From the NCBI GenBank assembly GCA_944350495.1, contig CALVOZ010000002.1, positions 147,479 through 211,478 of the forward strand: a stretch of 64,000 nt of DNA, given 5' to 3'. A program made the translations under genes and the position numbers. Shown piece by piece: positions 1 through 8,087 of this stretch. The stretch's first letter is position 1; each line of letters starts with the position of its first letter. This stretch comes from an uncultured Bacilli bacterium (lineage in GTDB: Bacteria; Bacillota_I; Bacilli_A; RF39; UBA660). The notes under the pieces are model-generated. The model did no database searches. It was not told the origin of the DNA and saw only the letters and a list, made by a program, of their open reading frames with translations.

Positions 1-674
1 ATAGTTTCAAGATTTTTTTTATCAACTAAATATTGTACTGAACTAATTAATGATGAAAAATCAATTGATATAGACTTTATCATAGCTAACTTACTACATA
101 TTAATAAATGTTTTAAACAAGCATTATATTTCCCTTGAATAAAAGCCTCTTCAGCTAATCTATAATTATTTAGTAAATGCTTATGATTAGCTTTATTAGA
201 AAATATATATCCAGATACAACCTTTGGATAATCATTCTCTACACCCATACATGCATCTAATATACGATGCACTAAAGTATAATTAAATCTATGCTTACGG
301 TCACTACTTTCAAATTTTTCTAAGTATGTAACTGCACCTTGCCAATCATGTTCAGCCATAGAAACTTTGTATAATCCATGAAATGCGGATGGAGTTGGAG
401 TTTTACTTAAAGACAATAAAAAAGAGTTCTTTGCATTGCTTAGACTTACTTGTTTATTTAGTTCGTCTCTTGTTATTTTACTACGCTTTAACTCTAACTT
501 ACCAAACCATATATCTATTCTATTTTCTTTAGCATCAGCTAAAGAGCGACATTTATTTAAAATTTCTGCAGCTTGCGCTAAATCATCTAAGGTACAATCT
601 TTTTTAATAATTAATTTTTTGGCACGATATAAATGCTCTTCTAGCATAATTATCGATTGCCCTATTTTTGTCAT
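1..674 (-). CDS. Hypothetical alpha-helical, possibly TPR-like protein (runs off window start)
   Basis: Not in the ORF track. Manual translation from ATG at 674 (RBS GGAAAGTG) is open to position 1: MTKIGQSIIMLEEHLYRAKKLII...AFHGLYKVSMAEHDWQGAVTYLEKF... A near-consensus sigma-A promoter lies upstream. Confidence 0.75.
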   Translation of the reverse strand, partial: MTKIGQSIIMLEEHLYRAKKLIIKKDCTLDDLAQAAEILNKCRSLADAKENRIDIWFGKLELKRSKITRDELNKQVSLSNAKNSFLLSLSKTPTPSAFHGLYKVSMAEHDWQGAVTYLEKFESSDRKHRFNYTLVHRILDACMGVENDYPKVVSGYIFSNKANHKHLLNNYRLAEEAFIQGKYNACLKHLLICSKLAMIKSISIDFSSLISSVQYLVDKKNLET

Positions 675-705
675 ATTTCACTTTCCTTTGCACACAGCAA
701 GAGTC

Positions 706-734
706 ATTATAACAAAATTTAATGACCTTGTCAA
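706..734 (-). promoter_or_regulatory. Sigma-A promoter of the 674 gene
   Basis: TTGACA-17 bp-TATAAT with extended TG on the minus strand. Confidence 0.75.
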
Positions 735-915
735 TATATTTTAAACAACCAAAATATTATATTCATAATAATTTAAAACTTTATCTTTTTTTGTCATACT
801 TTTTAATTTTATTACTTTTCTTTATACAACTATGTCACTTCTTGTCAATTGATATTACATATCTATAATAATTTTTATTTTTACATGTCTAATTTAAATT
901 TTTTTAATAAACCAA

Positions 916-944
916 TTGACTTATAATGATTTTCATTATATACT
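916..944 (+). promoter_or_regulatory. Sigma-A promoter with overlapping Fur-family-like palindrome
   Basis: TTGACT-17 bp-TATACT. Positions 922-940 read TATAATGATTTTCATTATA, matching 15/19 positions of the classic Fur box GATAATGATAATCATTATC. Confidence 0.55.
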
Positions 945-971
945 TGGCTTGGAATAGAATAGGGTGATAGT

Positions 972-1820
972 ATGGTACAGAACAATAACGAAGTGATTTT
1001 TTCGTTATCTTTATTGGATCAGCGTTTAAATAAATTAAGACATATTTCATCATTTATAAGTGCAGATGAATATCGTAATATTTATACATTAACGCATAAC
1101 TGGAATAGTCGTATTCCGTATTTAAAAAGAACTATCTTTAAACCTGAAAAAATTGATATAGACTTGTTAGAAAAAAATAAATTTCCAATTAAATTATTTT
1201 CAACTGTGCCTAATCATATGATTTATGACACTGTTGCCACTATCCCTGTCGAATTTCAATACATTTCAACTAAAAACATTGACATAATTGTATTGCGAAT
1301 CGATTTAGGTGATAATCGCTATTTAGCACACATTGTTGAATTAAATGATAATATTTTATCAACTATTCAAATCTTATATGAAAGTATTTTAGATAACAAT
1401 CCTAAAATGGATAAAATGCTCGTCTTTGAAAATGCATACTTTAAATACATACATAAAAATAGTATCTATATTTTATCACGTCATAAAAATGAATATAATT
1501 CATGGAAAAGTTTTACTGATGAATTATTTAATAAATATCAAGTAGAGATAAAAGAATATAGTAAGACTGGCAAATATATGTGGCATAGGGATTATATTTT
1601 ATTAGACAATCGAGCAATGAAAGATTACAAGATATATTCCTTAAAAAGTCAATGGAATGATAATCAAAAACAAGTTTTAGAAGCCACTAAAACTATCAAA
1701 AAAGAAGTTTCAAAGAAACATAAATATTTCAACATTGATTCCTTATTTGTTGATAAACACGGTAATTATTGGAGTAGCAAAGAGGCTTATTTAAACTATT
1801 GTAAATTTATAGACACATAA
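972..1820 (+). CDS. Hypothetical protein, 282 aa
   Basis: Long ORF with RBS AGGGTG, own promoter and terminator; no motif recognised. Confidence 0.75.
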   Translation: MVQNNNEVIFSLSLLDQRLNKLRHISSFISADEYRNIYTLTHNWNSRIPYLKRTIFKPEKIDIDLLEKNKFPIKLFSTVPNHMIYDTVATIPVEFQYISTKNIDIIVLRIDLGDNRYLAHIVELNDNILSTIQILYESILDNNPKMDKMLVFENAYFKYIHKNSIYILSRHKNEYNSWKSFTDELFNKYQVEIKEYSKTGKYMWHRDYILLDNRAMKDYKIYSLKSQWNDNQKQVLEATKTIKKEVSKKHKYFNIDSLFVDKHGNYWSSKEAYLNYCKFIDT

Positions 1821-1844
1821 AAAGGACCTAATTAAGTCCTTTTT
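1819..1844. terminator. Bidirectional intrinsic terminator
   Basis: AAAAGGAC-ctaattaa-GTCCTTTT between convergent genes. Confidence 0.7.
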
Positions 1845-1851
1845 ATATGTC

Positions 1852-2844
1852 CTAATTTACATCATTATTAACTTTAGGTTGCTCTACTACTGGAGTAGCT
1901 GGTATTTCAGGATTTGGCACAACAACTGGTGTTGGTTGCTCTACTACTGGAGTAACTGGCACTTCAGGATTTGGCACAACAACTGGCGTTGGTTGCTCTA
2001 CTACTGGAGTAACTGGCACTTCAGGATTTGGCACAACAACTGATGTTGGTTGCTCTACTACTGGAGCATTTGGCATTATATAATTAGCACTATTATTAAC
2101 TGGCATTCCAGGTTGTACTGGCACTGCAGTTGGGATTCCTTCTGTTGGTGGTAAATTATTTTTATGTTTCTTTACCATTTTAACAATTACTAAAACAATA
2201 ATACCTACTACAACTATTGCTACAACTCCGATTATGATCATAGTTACTAATGACATAGTAGAAAATACGTAATTAATTTCTGCTTTTTCTCCATATTCAA
2301 CATTCCATGTATAAGTATTACCATCTACAGAATCAGCATTATGTGATTTAGCTTTTGATGGTAATGTAACTGTATAGGAAATATCAAAACTTGATGCGTT
2401 TTCTGAAATATCATCTTCATCAAAACCTTCAATTGATGCAGCTGTTGTATCAAATATGAATGTAGCTCGATAAGTATTACCGAATATTCCTTTCTCTAAT
2501 TTAAACATTTGGTCATCTTTGAAGTCTTCAGTTCCAATTGTTTCAAGATGGAATTCAACTGCATCATCACCACTTACATCGCTTAACTTATATGTTTTAG
2601 AATATACAACACCAACATAACCATCTTTAGAACCGTCATAATCTTCTACTGTATATCCCAATTCTTCATATTGAGCTTTAAGTTCAGCTACTGCAGTTTC
2701 ATCTCTTAAAGAACTATTCATAGCATCAGTAACAGAAATTTTCACTTCACTGTTAGTAATATCCATATGAATGTTTTGTTTAACGCAACCTGTTAAAATA
2801 AAAACCATAAGAACTATACTAAATAATTTTAGAAATCTCTTCAT
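1852..2844 (-). CDS. LppM/DUF3153-like lipoprotein with C-terminal TM helix and Pro-rich repeat tail
   Basis: Lipobox LTGC; YTVTLPSKAKSHNAD...NTYTWN motif; hydrophobic IIIGVVAIVVVGIIVLVIV; repeated PVVEQPTPVVVPNPEVPVT. Confidence 0.65.
   Translation of the reverse strand: MKRFLKLFSIVLMVFILTGCVKQNIHMDITNSEVKISVTDAMNSSLRDETAVAELKAQYEELGYTVEDYDGSKDGYVGVVYSKTYKLSDVSGDDAVEFHLETIGTEDFKDDQMFKLEKGIFGNTYRATFIFDTTAASIEGFDEDDISENASSFDISYTVTLPSKAKSHNADSVDGNTYTWNVEYGEKAEINYVFSTMSLVTMIIIGVVAIVVVGIIVLVIVKMVKKHKNNLPPTEGIPTAVPVQPGMPVNNSANYIMPNAPVVEQPTSVVVPNPEVPVTPVVEQPTPVVVPNPEVPVTPVVEQPTPVVVPNPEIPATPVVEQPKVNNDVN
1877..2067. repeat. 57-bp coding tandem repeat, about 3.3 copies
   Basis: GGTTGCTCTACTACTGGAG... 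starts at 1877, 1934, 1991 and 2048; encodes a 19-aa Pro/Val repeat. Confidence 0.95.
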
Positions 2845-2926
2845 TGTTTTCTCCTTTCTATTATATTTACTTAATTATAACACATTTATTTACAATAATA
2901 AATAAAAAATAAGACCTATAATAGTC

Positions 2927-3526
2927 CTATTCTTTGTTATTACTTATACTTAAGTTCATCTTATTTAATAAACATAGTATGGAAATTTGAACATCTTCAT
3001 TGGCTTCTTCTTCAATAGCCAACTTCATTATTTTGTCTATTTCTTTACTAATTATAATTTCAGTTCCTTTTGTACCAAAATCAATTTTCTTTTCAATAAC
3101 TGATAAACTTTCGATTTCTTCATTTAATTGATCAATATTCTTTAAAGATATTTTTTCATACTTTTGTGATTCAATATTTTTTTCACTTCTTATTTTTTCT
3201 AAAAAATTAACCATAATATCTATTTCTTCATCGTTTAATTCAACATTATGGCCTTTTTCTTGAAGATTAAATACTAATCTCACAATTTCTAATTTATTTA
3301 ATTGTTCTTTTAAAGTCGAATCTAAAAAATATGGAGATAATATATTTTCTAATTTTTCGCGAGAATATTCCCTTAATTTATCAAAGCCATTTTCAAAATC
3401 ATTAACTAAATCAATTAATTTTTCCAAATTTTTTCCTCTAGTTATAACTTGATTTTTTTGATAATTTAGTTCTTCAATACGGTTTCTAATTGCATCTAAT
3501 AATGCATTTTGTATTTTATCTTCCAT
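2927..3526 (-). CDS. Hypothetical helical protein, 199 aa; resembles the N-terminus of 3751..5106
   Basis: RBS AGGAG; heptad-rich; third gene of an operon. Confidence 0.75.
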   Translation of the reverse strand: MEDKIQNALLDAIRNRIEELNYQKNQVITRGKNLEKLIDLVNDFENGFDKLREYSREKLENILSPYFLDSTLKEQLNKLEIVRLVFNLQEKGHNVELNDEEIDIMVNFLEKIRSEKNIESQKYEKISLKNIDQLNEEIESLSVIEKKIDFGTKGTEIIISKEIDKIMKLAIEEEANEDVQISILCLLNKMNLSISNNKE

Positions 3527-3538
3527 CTTATCGACTCC

Positions 3539-3754
3539 TTAATAATCCTTTAATGCTTCTAATATTTTTAAATAGTAAGAAAAGTCTTCTCTTATTTCTG
3601 TTAATGATGTTAAAAATTCTGCAATATCAATTTCTCTATCATCACAAAATTGTGGTATAGAAATTTTTTTTACATTTATCTCACGCATAATTGCCTTAAT
3701 TATTGATTTATACTGCATAATAACATTTTCATTCGTAGTATCTAATAATTTCAT
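3539..3754 (-). CDS. Small protein, possible XRE-like helix-turn-helix
   Basis: 71 aa; IMREINVKKISIPQFCDDREIDIAEFLTSL has Cro/XRE helix spacing; 4-bp ATGA overlap with the upstream gene. Confidence 0.5.
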   Translation of the reverse strand: MKLLDTTNENVIMQYKSIIKAIMREINVKKISIPQFCDDREIDIAEFLTSLTEIREDFSYYLKILEALKDY

Positions 3755-5106
3755 TCATTATCTTCCTTTGGAAAACTATCTTCAATTTTTTTAGCCTCAT
3801 CTAAAAGTCTTTTATATTCATCTTCATTATCAGTTATTATTTTATCCAACTGTTTAAAAATATTTATATCAGTTAAACGTTTTATATTAGCTACATCTAA
3901 TTCAGAATTTAAGTTCTCTAATTTACCACTATAAATTATTAAAATGTTATTATTTTTTAAGTGTTTATATAAAACAAACTCTGTTTCTCCTGTTAACATA
4001 TGAACATCGTTTTCTAAAGTAATATCATTTTTAGTTTCTAACTCTTTTCCTAACTTAATACGATTTATTATTTCAACTGTTTCCTTTGTAACTCTCTTAG
4101 GATTAAAATAGTTTTCTTCGTCATTTAAATACACTATTTTTTTGCTACCTCTTATTTTATTCTTTACTAAGTCACTAATTTTTTTTCTTTGTAATAAATC
4201 CTCATATTTATCTTTTACACTATCAATTTGTGAAAATAAACTTCTAATATCTTTTTCTTCTTTTAAAGAATCAAATCTTCCTAATAAGTTATTCATCCAA
4301 TTCCATAAAAAGAACTCATATAAATTATCTTCTGAACTTAGCATTTTCTTTGCTTCATCAAAACTAATTTTATTTCTCTCAATTAAATGTTCAATATTTT
4401 TTAAATATGTTGAAGTTACCATTCCACGATATGTATCATCATATTTTTTTCCTTCTTCATTAAGGTATTCAAGATATTTTTCTTTCTTTTCAATCAATTT
4501 ATCACTCAATAGTTTAGGCTCTTCTTCAGGTTCTTCTTTAGTTATTTTTTCAGGATTTAATAGTAAATTAGCATTTCTCATTACTAAAGCCGCTACTACA
4601 ACTAAAACAGAATACTTATCATCTTTAAATATCTCACTTTCCAACAAATTAATAAATAGTTGCAATTCTTCATCATTGACAACAAATTTATTAGTTAAAA
4701 CTTGGAACAATCTTTCCATTGTATGTAATTGAGATTCACAATTTGTTTGGCGCAAAAATAAATCATCTTTAGCTTCAACATATAAATCTGCATGCTTTTT
4801 TACATCAGCCAAAAGTTTTGAAGCTTCTAAATATCTTTTACTTTGTTTTACTAAAGGGCTAGCTAAATCAACGACTGTGCATGCCAAAACTACATCTTCT
4901 AAAGAAAATGTACTACTAGTTTTTGATAAAAATGTCTTAATTTTTTCTGTATCATATGTTGAAATCTCATTAGAAGTTTTAAAATTGGCTAATGCAGTAG
5001 CGATTTTTCTTAATTCTAATTCTTCACATATGTTTTCTAATTCCATAGATTTTAACTGGTAAACTTTTTGTAATTTCGATATCACATTTTCTAAGCTTTG
5101 CTGCAT
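3751..5106 (-). CDS. Hypothetical 451-aa helical protein with possible RelE/HigB-like C-terminal domain
   Basis: RBS GGAGG. The C-terminal alpha/beta segment KIVYL...TVEIINRIKLG...DVHMLTGETEFVLYKHLKNNNILIIYSGK follows RelE-fold strand order. Confidence 0.6.
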   Translation of the reverse strand: MQQSLENVISKLQKVYQLKSMELENICEELELRKIATALANFKTSNEISTYDTEKIKTFLSKTSSTFSLEDVVLACTVVDLASPLVKQSKRYLEASKLLADVKKHADLYVEAKDDLFLRQTNCESQLHTMERLFQVLTNKFVVNDEELQLFINLLESEIFKDDKYSVLVVVAALVMRNANLLLNPEKITKEEPEEEPKLLSDKLIEKKEKYLEYLNEEGKKYDDTYRGMVTSTYLKNIEHLIERNKISFDEAKKMLSSEDNLYEFFLWNWMNNLLGRFDSLKEEKDIRSLFSQIDSVKDKYEDLLQRKKISDLVKNKIRGSKKIVYLNDEENYFNPKRVTKETVEIINRIKLGKELETKNDITLENDVHMLTGETEFVLYKHLKNNNILIIYSGKLENLNSELDVANIKRLTDINIFKQLDKIITDNEDEYKRLLDEAKKIEDSFPKEDNE

Positions 5107-5191
5107 ACTTAAGCCTCCTACCCCTTTATTCTTATATATAGTATATCAATTTATTGCCAATAAAACAATATTTAAGCCTTATCTTTTTCAT

Positions 5192-5220
5192 TTGACAAAA
5201 TTCGCGTTTAATGTTATCAT
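5192..5220 (+). promoter_or_regulatory. Sigma-A promoter of the PP2C gene
   Basis: TTGACA-17 bp-TATCAT with extended TG. It overlaps the track's ATG at 5211, so the true start is probably GTG at 5247. Confidence 0.65.
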
Positions 5221-5246
5221 ACTACTTGTCTTTAGGAGGGATTCTT

Positions 5247-6104
5247 GTGTTTACCTTTTTAAATCGAAAAAGAAAGAATTCAAGTAATATTACAGTTAAA
5301 GCTAGTAGTGACTGTGTTTTAGATTCGCTCAGCGATGCTGGGTTAGTTAGAGACAATAATGAAGATAGTGTAACAACTGTAGTTCATCCAAATAATCAAA
5401 ATCTTAAGCTTTTAGCCGTTGCTGATGGTGTTGGTGGTTGTGAAGACGGTGAAGTTGCTTCAAACTTTGCAATTATGACATTACAAAAATGGTTTACTAA
5501 TTTAAGTGAAGATACTATTAATAACAGTCGCTATATGTCTAAAAGCATTACAGAAATTATAAGATTTATTAATAATTATTTATACATAGTTAAATCATAT
5601 AGAAATAGTTGTGGAACAACTTTAACAGTTGCAATAATAAATAAAAGGGAAACAATTATTGCTAGTGTTGGTGATTCACGTGCTTATATTGTAAAAAATA
5701 ATGAAATTAAACAAATAACAAGAGATGATTCACTTGTTTGGTATTATTATGAAGCAGGTGAATTAAAGAAAGATGAGATTCGTTTTCACCGTGAAAATTG
5801 TTTAATTACTAAATATGTAGGACCAGATTTAGATATTGATCCTGAAATTATTAGATTATCTAATGATTCTTATGATGGTTTATTATTGTTTACTGATGGA
5901 GTTACTGACTGTATATCTGATTCAAAAATTGAAAAGATTGTTAACAAATCAAGTAAAGCAAATTTGGCTAAAGCTATTATTAAAGAAGCTGTTTATGGTA
6001 AACCACCAAAACGCATCCCAAAAGGAAAAGAATTTAGAGTTCCTGTAAACGGTAAGGATAATGCGAGTGTGGCTGTTTATCTAAAAGAAACGAGTTATGT
6101 ATAA
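5247..6104 (+). CDS. PP2C-family Ser/Thr protein phosphatase (PrpC/Stp1-like)
   Basis: Motifs RDNNEDS, VADGVGG, GTT, VGDSRAY, FTDGVTD, KDNASV; GTG start after RBS AGGAGG. Confidence 0.92.
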   Translation: MFTFLNRKRKNSSNITVKASSDCVLDSLSDAGLVRDNNEDSVTTVVHPNNQNLKLLAVADGVGGCEDGEVASNFAIMTLQKWFTNLSEDTINNSRYMSKSITEIIRFINNYLYIVKSYRNSCGTTLTVAIINKRETIIASVGDSRAYIVKNNEIKQITRDDSLVWYYYEAGELKKDEIRFHRENCLITKYVGPDLDIDPEIIRLSNDSYDGLLLFTDGVTDCISDSKIEKIVNKSSKANLAKAIIKEAVYGKPPKRIPKGKEFRVPVNGKDNASVAVYLKETSYV

Positions 6105-6131
6105 AAAAGAGTTGTTTATAACAACTCTTTT
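6103..6131. terminator. Bidirectional terminator
   Basis: AAAAGAGTTGTT-tat-AACAACTCTTTT. Confidence 0.75.
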
Positions 6132-6991
6132 ATTTTGTTAAAAATTGGAATATTCCCTTTATAACTTAATGGTGAGATAGGACTAGGATGATAAATAGGA
6201 ATTATAATTGTTTTTATTCCATCAATATTTTGTTCATATATCTTACCTACTACCTCACTATAATTTTTATATTTAATATTTAAGATTGCCTTAGTTGCCA
6301 TATTACCTAAAGTCAAAATAATTTTAGGCTTTAAAACTTTAATTTGTTTTTTTAAAATACAATTACAATTAGTTTCACAAGTATTTAAAAACTTTCTCTC
6401 TTTAGGATAACATTTTACAGATTCTAAAAATGTGACATCTAATATTTTTAAGTTTAATATTTCTAGTAATTTTTCCATTACTTTTCCAGATGGCAAAATC
6501 TTATTGTTTTGGTCATACCATACTTTTCCACTTTTTCGCCAACCATTATTAGCAGGTGCTTCACCTAAAATAATAATATCGTTATTATTTCCAAAATGAA
6601 TTGTATTATTTGTTCCAAACTTTTCAACATTATTATGACATTTTTTACATTTATGCACATCATTATCTATTTTTAAAACTTTTGCACATTCTTGTTCATA
6701 CTTATCCTTAAGCTTATTATACCTATTTTGAACATCAACACTATCAAGCAGTTCTTCACGCTTTTGAAATTTCAACTTGTCTTTATTGTAAGTTTTCCCA
6801 TTCCAATCAAATAATTTATTATCCAAAATATTATAATAACACCTATGTTCATCGTCTACATAACAAATATCGCCACCAAAATAATCTTGAAATAATAGGA
6901 CTACTTCGGCACTTTGGACAATTTTATTTATATCAACACTATCATTAGAAGATATAATATTTTTAATTAGTATTATAAATTGATTAAACAT
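6116..6991 (-). CDS. Uracil-DNA glycosylase superfamily (family 4/5-like, Fe-S) with N-terminal YunG-like domain
   Basis: CKKC, ILGEAPA, VKCYP, LKPKIILTLG, YHPSP. N-terminus LFQDYFGGDI...YYNILDNKLFD...REELL...NRYNKL. Confidence 0.8.
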   Translation of the reverse strand: MFNQFIILIKNIISSNDSVDINKIVQSAEVVLLFQDYFGGDICYVDDEHRCYYNILDNKLFDWNGKTYNKDKLKFQKREELLDSVDVQNRYNKLKDKYEQECAKVLKIDNDVHKCKKCHNNVEKFGTNNTIHFGNNNDIIILGEAPANNGWRKSGKVWYDQNNKILPSGKVMEKLLEILNLKILDVTFLESVKCYPKERKFLNTCETNCNCILKKQIKVLKPKIILTLGNMATKAILNIKYKNYSEVVGKIYEQNIDGIKTIIIPIYHPSPISPLSYKGNIPIFNKIKELL

Positions 6992-7448
6992 CTAAATCCT
7001 TTTTAAGGTAATCTAAAAAAGCTGTACAACCCTCATATATGTCGTTATAAGCTTGCTCAAATAATCCACTACCCCATGGATCACTAATATCACGAGGATT
7101 ATTAGAGTAATCCAATAAGCGCATTACTTTATTTTTATAATCAACACCAATAATATTTTTTATATCATAGATATTATGCTTTTCCATACCTATAATATAA
7201 TCAAAATTATCATAATCATCAGCTCTTAATTGTCTTGCTCTTCGAGGGCCAAAAGGAATACCTTTTTCAATCAGTTTTTGTTTGGCTAAATGATAAATAT
7301 CATTACCGATTTCTTCGTTACTTGTAGCTGCTGATTCAACATAAAACTTATCTAATAAATTATTCTCTTTTAATAAATGAAACATAATCGCTTCAGCCAT
7401 TGGCGAACGACAAATATTTCCATAACAAACAAATATAATTCTTTTCAT
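6984..7448 (-). CDS. Low-molecular-weight protein-tyrosine phosphatase
   Basis: FVCYGNICRSPMAE P-loop and ISDPW acid loop. Confidence 0.95.
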   Translation of the reverse strand: MKRIIFVCYGNICRSPMAEAIMFHLLKENNLLDKFYVESAATSNEEIGNDIYHLAKQKLIEKGIPFGPRRARQLRADDYDNFDYIIGMEKHNIYDIKNIIGVDYKNKVMRLLDYSNNPRDISDPWGSGLFEQAYNDIYEGCTAFLDYLKKDLDV

Positions 7449-7455
7449 AAATCAC

Positions 7456-8055
7456 CTAAACTATTTCTATTCCTAAATGTACTGATAAACTAAGAGCTTG
7501 ACCAGCATTAACTTTTATTCCTTGTAAGCTAGTAGTTTCTGTTATAATCTCATCAATGTTTGAATTACTAAAGTTAGTTCCTTTCATCTTCATACTAATA
7601 AATTCAGATTCTTTAAAATTTACTTTATTAAGATCCACCTTTATGAATTCGCTTTGCATAAACCTAGATTCAGATAAATCACATTCACTAAAATTAGACT
7701 TTTTTAAACTACACATTGAAAAATTAATATATCTACCATTTATATTATTAAAATTGACATTTTCAAATGTGCAAGAATCAAATAAAACTCCTTGCATTTT
7801 ACAATTATCAAATTTGGCATTGAACATTACTGTATCATTAAATAAAACATTCGATAAATTACAATTAATAAAAGTACAATTATCAATATTATTAATATCT
7901 AATTTTATTTTAGTAAAATCAACATTTTCAAAAAGACAATCCGTAAAATTGACACGATTTAACTCTATTAAACTTTCTGGATTAGATTTTATTATTACAC
8001 CTTCAAAATAACCTTTATCAATACAATCTTCAAATGTAGAACTAACTAATTTCAT
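7456..8055 (-). CDS. Pentapeptide repeat protein (Qnr/MfpA-like fold)
   Basis: Continuous x-x-F/L-x-x pentapeptides (VNFTD CLFEN VDFTK...) and a C-terminal QALSLSVHLGI cap. Confidence 0.9.
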   Translation of the reverse strand: MKLVSSTFEDCIDKGYFEGVIIKSNPESLIELNRVNFTDCLFENVDFTKIKLDINNIDNCTFINCNLSNVLFNDTVMFNAKFDNCKMQGVLFDSCTFENVNFNNINGRYINFSMCSLKKSNFSECDLSESRFMQSEFIKVDLNKVNFKESEFISMKMKGTNFSNSNIDEIITETTSLQGIKVNAGQALSLSVHLGIEIV

Positions 8056-8087
8056 ATAAATACTCTCCTATTTAAATTATACCACAA

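Noticed and set aside
436-744. Plus-strand 102-aa ORF
   Set aside because: Antisense shadow of the longer minus-strand ORF starting at 674, which has an RBS and promoter.
1877-2067. Tandem repeats as a possible CRISPR array
   Set aside because: No unique spacers; the units are in-frame 19-codon repeats inside a CDS; no cas genes nearby.
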